Assembly (NCBI GenBank): GCA_050084985.1
Contig: JBITNC010000001.1
Span: 75,330,001-75,394,000 of the forward strand
Length of the DNA: 64,000 nucleotides
Source of the DNA: Nageia nagi
Taxonomy: Eukaryota > Plantae > Pinophyta
Direction: 5' to 3'
Position 1 is the stretch's first letter; the number at the start of each line of letters is the position of its first letter. Below, piece after piece: positions 38,047 to 52,328 of the stretch. The notes under the pieces were generated by a model. It saw nothing but the letters and a program-made list of their open reading frames with translations, was not told where the DNA came from and made no database searches. The translations under genes were made by a program, and so were the position numbers.

Positions 38047-41000
38047 TGTTGTGCCTTACACAACCCGCCCCAAAATTTCACAATTTTGGGGACCCTCTGC
38101 AACTTACATGCGTCTGGCACCTAGTCAATGCAGCTTCATGTCCCCAAACGAACTCAATATCATGCCTATTAGTCTATCACCCAAATGTGTCCAAATAGCC
38201 TAGTCCTAGTCATGTCGTGTTCAAGAGTTAAAAACCCCCGAAAAATGGCTTAAGTCTAGGAATTTAAGTCGAATTTAGGTGAAACTGGAAAATTGGTGTC
38301 GAGTCGGAGTCAAGCAAAACAAGTCTGGGTCACTCCTAGTCTTGGTGCATGCTCCAAGAAGACAATCTTGTCTTTCTAGGATGTGCGCTCAAGCCAAGAG
38401 GTTGCCCGATTTAAAGTCCATGTGCAGAAATTGGAACTGGGTCACTTTTGGACTCAGTGCATGCCATGAAAAGAGAAAATCTTGTCTTTCTGGGCCATGC
38501 GCTAGGCTTAGGAAGGCATCTAGGATGGAATGAAGGCCCGAAAACAGTAACTTAGTGCATTTCAAGGTTGGCACATGCCTCAAAAAGACAAAATCTTGTC
38601 TTTTGGGAGCATGCGCCCAAGTCAGGAGGTTGCCAAGATGGACTTGAGACCCAGAACGATGAAGTGCACTCACCTAGGGGGTTGGGGCATGCTCAAAAGG
38701 ACAAAATCTTGTCTTTTGGGAGAATGCGCCTAGCCCAGGAAGGCTTCCAGACAAGACGAAGTGGAAAATTTGGCTAAGGCATGAAGCCTCAAAGCCAGAT
38801 CTCGCTCCAACATGACTAGAGGGGTTGGCACATGCCTCAAAAAGACAAATTCATGACTTTTGGGAGCATGCACCAAGCCTGGGAAGAAACCAGGACGAAG
38901 TGAACTTGAAAATTTGGCTAAGTCTCGGGAGCAGAAGACCCAAAACGAAGCAAATTTGACCACCTGCAACCCAACGCGTGCATCAAGAAGACAAAATCTT
39001 GACTTTTTGGACCATGCGCCTAGACTAGAAGAGCCGGAGAAGTTGGAGGGAGTTTCAAAAAGACAAAATCTTGTCTTTTGAAATCATGCGCCAGGCTTGG
39101 AGGGGCCTATGGGTCAGCCCGTTGTGCAAAATCAGCAAGCTAGGACGCCAAGATGAGCAAAAACGAGCAAGTTCAGGCCACATCTAGCTCAAGAGAGAGT
39201 TAGGAGCACCGTTTCAAAAGACAATCTTGTCTTTCTGTAGCATGCTCCTAGCTTAGGAGAGAGTTAGGAGCACCGTTTAAAAAGACAAAATCTTGTCTTT
39301 CTTCGGCATGCTCCAAGTTCAGGGTATATGCCCGAAATAGCCAGATTTAAAAGACAACCCTAGAGACCCCACATCCGATCTCCAACGGTCAGGCATGGAA
39401 GTTTGAACGCAAACACATCTCGAGGTCGGCCATCTGGACGGTTAAGATCAATTCCTCTCATACCTAGCCGACTAGGGTTTCTTGGAGACCAAAATTTGCT
39501 TATAAACACCAGCTTGGGGAGCTCATTATTCCAAACTTAGATTATCTTGCTCTTCATCTTGTACACTAGAATGGTCGAACCAAACCTTGAGGCACCAAAG
39601 CAAGGAGGCGAGATAGAGGGAGGCATGACCACTGGCAATACCTTGCCAAGACAAAGGCACAATGTTGACATCACAACCTTAATAAGATCATTGCACGAGG
39701 ATCCCAGCCTGAGAGCAAGAGACGAATCTTCAAACACTCACTATGTGAGTAGATTCGTGTTCAAGGTGAACAACACACTTTCTGTCACCAAAGTTGCCTT
39801 GAACAAAGATCCGGAGGAGCCACAAGACTTGGAGGCCTGTACTTTAAAGATTGAGATTGATGAAGTCAAAACCATTGGGGCAGAACGGATAAGGGATATC
39901 ACCAAGCTGGCGAACGAGCTGGAAGAGGGGCAAGGGAAGCTGAGCCTAGAATGAGAGCCCACACCTTCCAATCCAGATTGTCTTCAAGACTAGGTAGCCA
40001 TAGACAGACAAGAGTACCATCAACAAGCTAGCAATGGGTTCTTCAAGCTCGGCATTGCAAAGACAGAGAAGGTGGATCAGCAAGAATAGACCCGATAACC
40101 TTCAAGGCGGGATGTTGCAAGCACAACAATTAGTTTATTTTACATTTTTATTTATTGCAATTTTATTTTAAATTTGGATTCCAAAGACTTATTAAATTTT
40201 GTACAGCCTTTTGATGGATGACGATTTGCTCCCAAAAGTGTTGGAATAAATCTTGTAATGCCATGTGGCACTTTATTATTGGACTGCGTTTCTTTTTCTT
40301 GAAACTTGTGATTAGGGTTAGGGCAACACTGTTGGTTGCTCCAAAACTATTTATACCCCATTTTGATTCATTTGTAGGGGGGATTGACACTTTAACAATT
40401 GAAAGGAACTTTTGCTTGCTAGACAAAAAATTCTCTAAGTTGTTAAATGTGTTGTATGTACGTGTAATTATGATGAAATGCTTCTCATATTGTCATGCCA
40501 AATTCGAATGAATGATTGACAGTGCTGTTTAGTTTGTTCTATTGCTGCTTTGTGTTAGTTTACATCACTTGGTGGATCCTGTAAATTCTGTGTGGAGTGG
40601 ACAAGAGAGTGCTTGTATATCTTATGAAGTGGTTGATTAGCACATTGTTGGTGATATTTTGTCATTTGCAATCTTAGGCTTGGATACTTCAAGATGTCTT
40701 GTTGATTTCGCTCATAGTAGGAACTTCACTCGAATCTTCGAGCGTTACCTTCACCCATCCTACTCCATCCTTGCCACAGCTTCATGCTCCTTCCACTAGA
40801 CCATTCATGTTCTTGGCTAGCGGAACGGATCGAGGGTGCGTGGAACCTACGTCGAGACCCAACAAATTGACTTTTGAGGACCTTATCCCGAGCTCGTGAG
40901 TTTGCATGCCTATAGTTGCATCCTACTACCCACAAGTCTTTCCACCATCTTTTCTTTCTTTATTTTCTTTTATTTTACACTTTCTTTGCGATTTTCACAC

Positions 41001-41257
41001 CCTATTTCCCTTTCAGAATTTTCCAGAAACAACTCCATCTAGTCACGAAGATGATTCCGAGTCCTTGAATCCATGCATGATATTCATGTTGGTGGCAGCT
41101 TTAAACATCTCAGCCATTCCTTGAGTTATCTTCACCAAGTCGCGAAGTTAACCTTTGGGGTAACCAGTCTCCATAGCGGGAGGGAGTAACGTCCTTTCAC
41201 CTGAGGTGTTGGCATTTTTCTCACTGCTTTAGGGTAGGAAAGAAAAACACCCCAACA
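38047..41257 (+). mobile_element. Solo LTR (~3.2 kb) in pTAC13 intron 2
   Basis: Termini TGTTG...CAACA. Same start, palindromic subrepeats and end as 26420-29166. Flanks GGTCA/AGTCC match only 3/5. Confidence 0.8.
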
Positions 41258-44200
41258 AGTCCTTTGTCTGCACCTGATTGCTTCTTGCAATTTGTCAGGA
41301 ATCTACAAATCAAAATTTTTAGTTTTACAAAACCACATTTAGACATGGGACACCTACACATAAAATCAAATCACAAGCATTGGCATTTAAACCATCATGT
41401 CATTTGTTGGAAGGCTCAAAAGTTTTCTAACATATAAATTAAAGATCAAGTTTCCCATCTTTTTATTACCCTGAGTCAAGAGTAGGGTTGTGACTCTTTC
41501 ACATATACCATGTCTTTCTTGACTGTATTATATGCACACACAGATGTCTTTGTTCTTCCACTTTTGTTTTTGGCATGAATGCTTTTAATCTTGGAATTAA
41601 CTGACGCTGTTGTTCTTAGATAAATAGGCTTCTGATTTTACAGAGAAGACAAACTTGGTATGTCTATGGAAGTTTCCGCACATCCAGGTTTTGGGAAAAG
41701 AACACAAGACTTGTATACCGCAGTTAAGAATTTCTTATCTTAATCCAGTTGATGGAGAAATGAATGGTGTAACCAGTAGCAGTAGGGATCATGACAATCC
41801 TGGGAAGAGCCTGAACATACCAAGGCAGTGCCATGAAAATTCAATAAATGAAGGTGCGATTCCATTCACAGAATTAATGCATCCAATTCTTTTCTGGAAA
41901 GAATTTGTGGTCTTGTGTGGGGATATAGGCAGTAATGCCTTAGGAATTTGTTGGTTGTTGTCAGTCAAAAGGTTTTTTGCATTTAGTAACGTGTGGAAAC
42001 GTTTTAAGCTAAAATGCCAAAATGATAACATTGCAGTCTATTGAAACTCCTCATATGGGTTTAAATGATCTATATGTTTTGTTTTGGGAAAGTTTGCAAC
42101 ATTTTAACAGAGGCATAACCTGCTATCCCAGATGGTGGGTGGGGTTTTTAAACCCTTTCAACGGTGTTGCTGAGTCTATGTGTATATAGCATATTTAAAA
42201 TAAATTTAGCATGATAACATATTATAACTTGTGTCATGGTTTTTGGTTACACTCCCTTTAATGTTCAGACAAAAGGGACATGCTAGAACTGGCTAGGATG
42301 TCCCAGGTTCGAGATAGCCATTTAGGCAATTAGTGGAGTGTATCCAATAACTATCTTATATGTTTTTCCTCCATGAAACCAAATTTGAATTAAATATTAT
42401 AATTTTTTAGCTAATAATTGAAAAAAAATCAAAATATCTATTCTAAGTTATTAGTTAGTCTAAAATATCTTATCGATCTTTCGCTTATAAGTTCTAATAT
42501 ATAGTTCCCCCCTAAATAATCCCAAAACCATCCTCCACATAGTCCTATCTCGAGTTTCATATACACTACCTGATGATTAAGATAAATTCCTTGAGATTTA
42601 TTTCACTCAACATTTGTGAGATCTATAGTTGAGATATTCATGCTTGAGTTTATGCAGCCCCTTTCCATAAATATCTACCTAAGAGTTTGGGATTCCAATT
42701 GAAATGCTTTTTTCCCATATCTTATCCTATCTGTGATGCCTGGTTGTAAAGTGTGAATCTTTCATTTTATTTTTCTACTTCGTAATCCAATTCATTTGGT
42801 AAAGGTACCCACAGAGTTAGGATTGGCATATTTTGCTTATGTACCCCTCCAGTTTTTTCTTTTGTGATATTCTTACCCTTTTATTCCTTTACAAAAGATG
42901 GAAAGAAGTTTCGATAAAAATGTATGAGGGTGAAAAACTTTGATGCTTTTAAGAAGTTGGGTTGGTCTTTTGGCTCTGGCTATTGGCTTGTTATGAAGGC
43001 CATTTTTGGTATCCCTATGTGTTTGAACTTGGGCATACTTATTGTTGCATGTTGTATCCCTTTGCTGCTTCTCTTTATGCATGTGGAGCGTCTGTCTTTA
43101 CTTTATCACTAAGGGATGGGATTCTAGGTAAATGCATTTGGGCTCAAATAGTTTTATTCGTTAATTATCTGAATCTGAACTGAATTTGAGTAGTCACTGT
43201 CTCTTGCAATGTTATGTTTGAAGATCACAAATTTCTGTAACCATTCTATCTTTTCAAAGGCAATGTAAATGATTACTAACGAAACAGTCACTTTGACCTC
43301 TTGGCTTCCAACTTTTAAAAACCATGATTTCTATATACAATATACTTATATGTTTCATTATTGGTGTTGATAGTGCTTGTTTGTCTATGTCAAATGTGCA
43401 GCTAATACTTTCTGTCAGCGTTCTATATATAGATCCCTTTGGTGGGTTTACAAAACAAACATTTTATGGCAAAATAGGTGCGGAAATAGAGCATAGTTGC
43501 AAAATGTTTAAAGTTAGTAAAAAAAATAAAAACTATAAGAAAACTCTTCACAGCATGTGTTTGGTTATAAGAGTTGCTCAAGGTGAGGAGGTACGTGTTA
43601 TCTGAATTTTTCAAGCTCATATACAAGTGACTTCAAAGATTAGGATGGAAACAGGTCAAATGTGGTTCAGGAGGAAGATTCCTATACAAGTGGGTTTCCT
43701 ACTCTTGCATCAATAAAAAACTGTATGAATTGCAATAAAAGCTGTCATTTACAAGTAAGACATCAAAGGACTAGGACATAATGCCCCTCAAGATTTGTTA
43801 TACAGAAAGCATATGTAAGTGAAGCCTGCATGATTATGATAGGCAAGTGATTTGAGTTTTGCATGGACCCTTGACTAAAAGTCTGCTTGAGTGCTGCTGG
43901 TCTATGTTGCTATAGTTGGCATTAGAGCCATCCATGTAGAAATCAACTTACACATTGTTTCAGGTGGTATTAGAGCCATTCATTGCAGAAACTTGAGCAA
44001 CAGTGTTACAGTTTGATATCGAAGATGATGAGTTGATGTTGTGTACGGGACAACATGGTTACCTTGCAGACCACCAAGTGAGACAAGAACTGGAGTTTGG
44101 CACAGATTGCTGTGTGAGGCAGTGCATGACACAGAGCTCTGACTGAGGCAGTTAATAGGGTATGCCTTTGCCTTCAGAAAAATCCAACTAATACATCCAA

Positions 44201-46358
44201 CCTCAGGGCTGAAATGAAAGCAGCAGCTGTGTTATATGGGAACAAGTCTATCAGAGACAAAGACCTCAAACGATAAAAGCCTGTGTTTGTATTCATCAAG
44301 TGTAGTCATTCAACAGGGTCACAGAAAGTGATTAGTGGAATGGTCTAGCAGCTTGGGCGTGGTGTGGTTGATGAAGTGTAGCCCATGGATCAAAGGTTAA
44401 CAATCCATCAGCCAGAATGATGATCAGTAGTGGGTTCCAGAGCAGAGCAAAAGATGAAGTTTCTAGTCATGTCAAAGCAGACAATGTTGTAGGCATGATG
44501 GAAAATGTCAAGTTGTAGCTCTTTGAAGGAAGGAGAGCAAGTCCATAAAGATGAGGACTTCTTTGTGCTTGGACATGAGATTCAGTGCAAGGCAGCTGGG
44601 GCAAGTGAGTGCCTGAACTATTGTTTAGGCATTTGCATTTACATTTGCGTGAGTAATCTTGGCAGTGGTCTCAAAGATGCAGATATCCATGTTGAGTATG
44701 GGATCTTACAACTGCAGTTTTCGAGCAACTGTGGTCAAGAGCAGGCTAAGTCACACCTAGATGTGCATACGACTTTTGCAGCATTCACCATTGGGCTGTC
44801 AATTAGTGGCTGTCCATCCTTCACCGAGAAGCAGGTTGCCATCAACATTTAAGCACGAGTGTCAAGGGTGTTCCTCGTTTTAGAGTGGGGGAGAATAATG
44901 AGAGGTGTACTTTCTCTCTCCACATTGAAAGCTGTAGGCACCTTGGTTTGTTGTTTGGTCTGACCTTGGTTTAGGAAATCTTGTGGAGGGTTTCGTGGCA
45001 TGGGAAAGGCAGTACCTCTAATTAGAAAGGTTTATATCTACCAATGCATTTGCCATGTTGGATTGGTCCTTTGACCACTAGGTTTACTGTGTAATGGAAC
45101 AGGTGTTTGGCTTGCCCCTCCTAGGGGAACCAAGCAGGAGTGTGCACACTGGGCTTAAAATCATGTCTCATGTGTGTGGGCTACTCAATTTTTGAGCAGT
45201 AACGATTGGTTCTTCTATATCTATGGCATCTAGCAAGGAGAAGCAGGCGGTTGTCAGGGGTTCAGCAGTTAGAGAATTTGACTGGGCGATGAAAGAAGTT
45301 GAGTTGTCCTGAGTGAGTTGTGACAAGCTCAAAGCAATATAACAATGGTTGGGTCCATAATCCCCATGGCTCAGGGGAAGAAGGGTACCTTGAGTCTGTG
45401 TTGTGCTATGTGTGCACTTCATGAATGAGACTTCTGAAAGCACATAGTCCTAGTGTCAGGCCATGAGTATCTATGTCAGACTGAAAAAGTCTTAATTTGG
45501 TGCTGAGATGGTTGGTCTGTGAGCATAGTGGTGGGCATGTAATGGAGTATTTAGTACTAAACAGCTGGTCAGTTGGAGACAGGCGAGTAGCTTATTTTCT
45601 ACAAAGATGATCTGAAAGTCAATGCAAATAAATGGAGAGAGCATTAACTTGCTCTGTGGATACTCAAGAAGCTTTGACATGATATTATAATGGATAATTT
45701 AGATTGAAAGCTTGTAGACAAACAAAGGAATACAATCCATTCTGCGAGAAGATTTTATTATATTTCTCAGATAGAGGGAAATGTACTGCAAAATCTTTGC
45801 CTACTGATTCTTACTTTTAGAAAGTCTTGTACTTGATTTCTTACACATTCCTTGTATAGCTTCTAAGAAAACTTCAGGAAATAGAAGAAATATGTCTTCT
45901 TTACCTTTTCATTGTATTCATAACTAAGGACAAGTTTATTAAATCTCTTTTTAACTAAATCTCACCTGTTTTTTTTATCGATTAGTTGTAAAATTGTGAG
46001 TGCTTGTAGTGAGAACATTATATTTATTCTGTAAAAGCATATCTCTTGCTTTTTGATTTTGAGAAAGTTTAATCTACCTCTGGAAAGGAAGATCAAGAAA
46101 AAAATCAAACAATTTTTTTAATCAATATATTCATTTTTAAGTTACAGATACTTGATTGGAAAACATAGCTGAAGCTAACTTGCTCTAGGCACACCTAATG
46201 AATCAGTAAGCTCCTTTGACCAATTAATAGGAATAATTATCTGCCCTGAAATACACTCAAACTTGTATGCATTAGATTATAGAGATATACTTGTGAGCAT
46301 CATTTTGAATCCGGCATGCTTTTAATGGCAATTTTGATTGTTATTGTCCCTCTTCCAG

Positions 46359-47118
46359 GAACAGGTGGATAATCAAACCTATTCCAGTTTCTGATTTGGA
46401 CATGGAACTCAATTTTTTACAATACAAACAGGGATCAGAGAAGTATGATAGTGAGATTAAGGACGAATCACTGAAGGAAGAGAGAAATGAAACAAATGAT
46501 GATGTGGTTGTGCAGGATCTTTTTCACGATTTTGATGTTGGGGATTTAAATACTGACAAGAATGCCAATCTTCATGCAAACTCTATCAATGATTTAAGTA
46601 ACAATAATGCAAGTGGTAAAGAAGCTGGATCATTTGGCATTAAATCTGATTCAGAGAGATCCTCAAAGGGTTTTTCCAGTTCAATACATACAGACAATGT
46701 TAATGAGCTATCTTTGAAGGGGCTGAAGAAGCAGGACACTACAAAGGAAGAGAGAAAAAAACTTAAGGATGATTCTGTGAGACAGGCTTTTGTCAAAGAT
46801 GTTGAGGTTGAGATTTTGATCGACAAGAATACAAATTCTCTTGCACACTTTGCTGATGAATCGAATAATATTGATATAAATGGTGAACAAGTTGGCTTTT
46901 CTGGTGCTAAATTTAATTCAAAGAATCTTTCTAACATGCTTGCTGACTCAACAAGTTTAAACTATGCTACTGAACCTTCTTTGAAAGATCTTGATGAGCA
47001 GCATAAAGACAATTGGCATGATTCTGAACTAGTAGCAGGGTCAACAGTCAGGATTACTTCAGGACCTTTTGCAGAATTTACCGGATCTCTTGAAGAGTTT
47101 GATTTGAAGACCAGAGAG
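46359..47118 (+). CDS. PTAC13: pTAC13-like exon 3 (end of NGN, long acidic linker, KOW)
   Basis: Acceptor CTTCCAG|G. Starts NRWIIKPIPVSDLD and ends LVAGSTVRITSGPFAEFTGSLEEFDLKTRE (KOW motif). Donor GAG|GTTACA. Confidence 0.92.
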
Positions 47119-47360
47119 GTTACACTTTTTTCTGTGATTGATAATTGTGTGTTGTAGTAACTTTTTTATTTAAATGTTCTGTTTTATGAATATTTGTTGA
47201 TCCACTTGTTCGTTATTCTTAACTACTGTAATACACAACAGTGGATTGATGCTGCTGAAGTGTTATCTACTTCTAAACATGTGGAATTCAATCATGCATT
47301 AATGATGAGAAACACTACCAGCATTTTAACATTCTTGCTTTTGTTTTACGCTTACTGCAG

Positions 47361-47438
47361 GCAAAGGTTATGCTTGTGATGTTTGGGCAGGAAACAGCAA
47401 TTAATGTGAAGATCAATCAAATTGAGCGCGAGTCTTAA
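47361..47438 (+). CDS. PTAC13: pTAC13-like exon 4 (NusG C-terminus)
   Basis: Acceptor CTGCAG|G. Encodes AKVMLVMFGQETAINVKINQIERES*, matching the NusG V.V.IFGR.TPV motif. Confidence 0.9.
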   Translation, partial: AKVMLVMFGQETAINVKINQIERES

Positions 47439-50400
47439 CTTGGTTCATCCTAAAAATTTGACTTGTTTCAAATTGATTGAACTTGTGCATTCTTCGTACA
47501 TCCTAGCCAACAACGGGTGCAGGGACAAGTAGGGCAACGAAATCATTTGACATGGAAGTTGCTGCTTTATTGTCTTTGCCTCTCTAGACAGAGACATTGT
47601 ATTCTTTCTTCAAAAAGAAATCTTCACATTGTATTCTTTACAAAATATTTTAAAATATATTTGTGTAGTGCTATTTATTCAGTATCTTTATTTTGGTGCA
47701 AGCATAGCCCACAATAATGGTGGACATTTCATTCCATTTATTTGGGACCAACATTTTGTATTAGTGTCCATGATCCTGTGTCAAGATACAGACAATTCAT
47801 GTGGATTGTTGTTTCTTCATTGCATATTACTAGATATTGAATAATTAGATAGATATATTAAGTCTTTAAAGATCCTTTTAAACCCATTGGTTTGCAGGAC
47901 CTATCAAAGTTTTTCCAGCAGCAAAAATATATCAATTAAGAAATTGAATGATTGTTTCTCATATAATTGTTGTTAGGTCAACATGTTTGATAATATCACC
48001 TCATCTCATATATTCAGGTTTTATTTAAATTGCTCATCTTACTAGATTTGGATTGCTATTACACTTAATGTCTTTATATCTTCCTGTGTAAAGGACTTCA
48101 TGAGTCTGACAATAGGTATGGTCTATGCATAAAAGTCAACAAAACATTATGGATGCTCATCCTTTACAACAAAATAGGATCTGATCACAACAAAATCAGA
48201 TTGAAAGCATTAAATGCTCAACTACATGCCTGCAATTTGAATTAAAGTGGGTACTTGAAATAGTAATCTTGTAGCAACCGTTGGTGGGGGATAGACGAGA
48301 GAAAAATTGTTGATGTCAAAAATTTTAAAAGTTAAACCATGGAACATTGTAGTCTTTCATTCTCCCTCTTAAATGTCAATATTTTGAATTTCAATTTGAT
48401 TTCCAAACTACAATTCCGACGTGAGAGTATAGTCCATCTCGAAGGAGGTCTATCATGTTATATCCAAACTTTACCATTATAAAGGATAACCCACTTGACC
48501 TTCAATCATTTTGTTTTTGTTATCTTTGAATTTCTTCTTATTGTAGCCAAGTCAAATCTTCATCAAAGAATATCTTATCTGAAGATTGAAAATAGTATTT
48601 TTAGATTTAAGAATAAGTATGTCTTGCAGAGTTTTGAAGCAGATGATTAAAGTGTTGTCATGCGAGTTATGCATGGTCAGGAATAATATTAGGTTGTAGC
48701 AATGTATCATGTAGGAAATATATAACAGCATCCAATGGGTTATCTATCCTAGTCAAACCCCTCACATGAAGGTTGAGGAATTTAAGTTGTCTTAGCCTTT
48801 CTTCTACAAACTTGTATGGAATTATGAATTTGACTAAAGAAGGTGGTTTAACATGTTTGATACCTTTAATTACTTGGTCTTCACAATTAATTGCAGCTTC
48901 AACATGTAAATTGGCAAGATCACCTATGTTGATAAGATCTGATTTATATATTTCACAGTTGGTTTATGATTTCGGTTACGTAGACATACTTTTGATTGTA
49001 TGTCATAGATAAAACATTCCAATTGCATAATTTGCTCAATTGCATGTTTATAACAATTTGTTGGTCTTAGACAATTTGAGAAAGGACTTCAAACGATCCT
49101 AACGTGGAACACGATGACATGAACATAGGAACGTGATGAGGGGAACATGGGAGCATCGAAATAGAAAGAGGCATTACTGGGTAGAGCAAACGAGCAGAGA
49201 TGAGGGTGTTGGGAACGAGTAGACGACGTGAAGGTGGGGGAGTGTGGTCAGAGTGTTGGTGAGTGGGCAGATGCAGGTTGGGTGGCGCTGCTAGGAGGTT
49301 GTTAAAGCGCTTTGGGCGTGCACTCTCAACAACAGCCTGTTGCAGGCGATGGTGCACTCAAAAGGAGCAACTTTTTAAAGGGGTGCTTCGGCTGGAGTTG
49401 GTGCCTCTGTTTTGGTGTCTAGGAAGGATAATATTGTTTCATTTTAGTGTTACAGTTTTATTTCCAAGGAATCATTATGGTAGTCTATTCAAGCGATTAG
49501 TTTTAGCTCCACAAAATCAAAACTTACTAATTTGTAAAAGAGTAAACTATATTGACAACAAAAGCAAAAATAATAAATTTTATTCAGTTGTCAGAAAAAT
49601 TGAAGTTTCTACTCTTACTTCCCTGTTATCTTTAGATAAGGATTTGTTCTCAACATTATCAAATTTCAAAAAATATTGAGAGATGATATTACGATTGAAA
49701 ACGATTTAGATTCACATGTTTGTAGTTAATGATTTCTTCCTTTATTTTTAGGTATGATAGAATGAATTATCGAAAACAAGATAAAGAGATTAAAAGGGTT
49801 TGATAATATGGATCATATATGTTAGTTGATATAATCACTTTAATAATTATAGTTAATTTTAAAAAATTAATATTATTTTATGTGATCACTCTTTTCTATA
49901 TAATATATTTTTTAGTAGAGAATGGTTTATTTTATGAGAGAAGATAATTCTATCTTATATTTAAAGTTTTTTTTTAAAAGTACAAATCATCATAATAAAA
50001 GTAAAAATGTTGTCATTTAAAAGATACAAAATTCATGCTACATATAAAATTCATGATAGAAGAAAATGGTTGGCAACCATATAGGGTTTAAAGCCTTAAT
50101 GAAGAACAAGGAAGAAAAGAAAGTTTATATGTATCTTAGGCTTGGTTTAAAAAAGGGAGATTTTCCTTCATATAATTTGTATCGAGTTTTATTAATAAAA
50201 ATCTTAACCTTTTCACTCAACAAAATAATATATAATGCTTAGTATATTGTAGTGTACTCTTTCCCTATTGTACCATATTATTACCTCATTATTTTACAAT
50301 ATTATAAAATAGAGATAAAAAGACATTACATAGAGAAACATCATCATTTTGGCAAAATATCACATGGTTAATATTTGCAGGCATCTCATTTCAGTTTTAG

Positions 50401-52266
50401 TTTTATATTCGTTTGTAGTTACTTCATCACATTAGATTTACCATTTTTATTTTACTCATGCATAGTTTCTTGGCATTAGTAATGATTATAATATTAGTAT
50501 TCAAGTTTATCATTTATTAGTTCTTTTAATTTGAAATCACACTTGGATTGTTATAAAAGTAATTTTTTCAAATTAAATAATAGTCCATTTGTATCTCAAT
50601 CTTTGAACAACTTTTTATGAATATTGAATTCTTATTTTAAAAGTAGGCATGATTGACTAGTTAATTGATAAAAGATTTGTGGTTATTGTGAAGATACATT
50701 ATGTATAAGATCAATTTTGAATATGTTACCATATTTACAAAATATTATCATGAATAGATTTTTTGAGTAGGATAGATTTTGTGTAAGGGCTTTTGGAAAG
50801 GATGGTGGAATTAGATTATAGCTTTAGATTTTAAATTCAAAGTTCAATATTTAAGTCTTTTTCTTACTCAAAGTCTCAAGTTCTTATTTGACTATGGTTT
50901 CAAGTCCTTATATTAGATCTAAGGTCTATCGTCCAATAAAGTTCATTCAATTGTTAAGTCTTATTTGATATATTTCAAAGTTTTAACTACTTGTATTTAT
51001 TTTTATATTTATTGAGATTCATAATAAAAAAATTATATTATATATGTTTTAAGTATACATCATGTACTTATTAATTAATTTGCTTACTATAAATCTTAAA
51101 TTTATATGATAGATTTAATTATCAAATTTCTAATTTTCATAACATGTCAAGAAGTCAATCTAATGTAATTGCTAGACTTTATTTTTCATTTTTCTCTTTC
51201 TCATATGAGGTCATTAATTTGGGTAAGTCTTAAAGAGCTAAAATTTTGATAATTAAACATGATGTAAAGGCTCATATTAATCAAACTTTGACACCCAGCC
51301 TAAGTTTGAGTAATTTGATTAAATACATTTGGATATGTATTCATATCATAAATTCAAGGACTCATTTTCAAAGTATGCCAAATGAAATGATACGAGTTAT
51401 TATGGACTTTTTTCTTCTAAAAATAATATCACTCACATCTCCATAATACAATCTATCAAAAGAACTCAAATTTTAAACATCAAAGTTTTTAACATAACAT
51501 AGAGTATTGATGACTACCTTCTATTAAATTTTAATAGTATAAAAGAAAAACAACCTTCACACAAAAATAATTTAATATCCTTTCAGCAACCATAATAATA
51601 TCTTATTATAAAAAAATATATATGATAGTTATAATTGATTTCAAGAACTTTTACTCCATTTGTTGATCTGTTGTATGATATGAAGTCTAGGTTGTTGGTT
51701 GAGTTGGTCATGTGTTGATCCAGTCTGACTTGAGTTCCATGTTCAATTCCCACTACGAAACATACATGTTATGTACTAACCCACTATAGTTATCCCATAG
51801 ACCGCTCTTGATCTTCCATGAACATTAGTACACTTTCTTTCAATTACTAAGAACCTTCCATTTACATATACGAATTGTAATCTTTTGTGCACCTTTTGAA
51901 CTTTAACTTAATTAAATATATCGAATACAAATGAGTATCCAAAAATAAAATAAGTAACCAAATACACTTTAAAAATGAAGAACATGATAAAAAATCAATT
52001 TCATCAAAATCAAATATTATATTTATTAAAATAAACCATGCAAAATCTTAATCTCATATCACTCTTCTTATTACAAATATAAATAAATTAATTAAAATTA
52101 AAATCAATTGAAGCGATTCCATCTCTCTCAATCTTAACATTTATTTTATACATATTTACTTTACACGCTTTTTAAAATAAAGTGAATTTGTATTTTAAAC
52201 ATCTCTTTTTAAGGTTTATTAATAATAAATTTACATGAAAAAGTTAAAAAGAAAGTAAAAATAATT

Positions 52267-52288
52267 TGCGGTGAGAATGGATCGCGAT

Positions 52289-52328
<40 letters not shown>

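Larger units (their letters stand above)
5642..47438 (+). other. PTAC13: pTAC13-like gene span (plastid NusG-family transcription factor): 4 exons, ~478 aa
   Basis: Exons 5642-6061, 37250-37428, 46359-47118 and 47361-47438 join through GT-AG sites with consistent phases (0,2,0) into a 1437-nt ORF: transit-peptide-like N-terminus, NusG NGN domain, long linker, KOW domain. Confidence 0.9.

Noticed and set aside
43900-45700. Possible LTR element (PBS-like TGGTATTAGAGCC at ~43965, PPT-like GAGTGGGGGAG at ~44883)
   Set aside because: Could not identify paired LTRs, a TSD or coding motifs.
37244-47157. Bacterial nusG or contamination/HGT
   Set aside because: The NusG motifs are split by spliceosomal introns and preceded by a transit-peptide-like exon, as expected for nuclear pTAC13.
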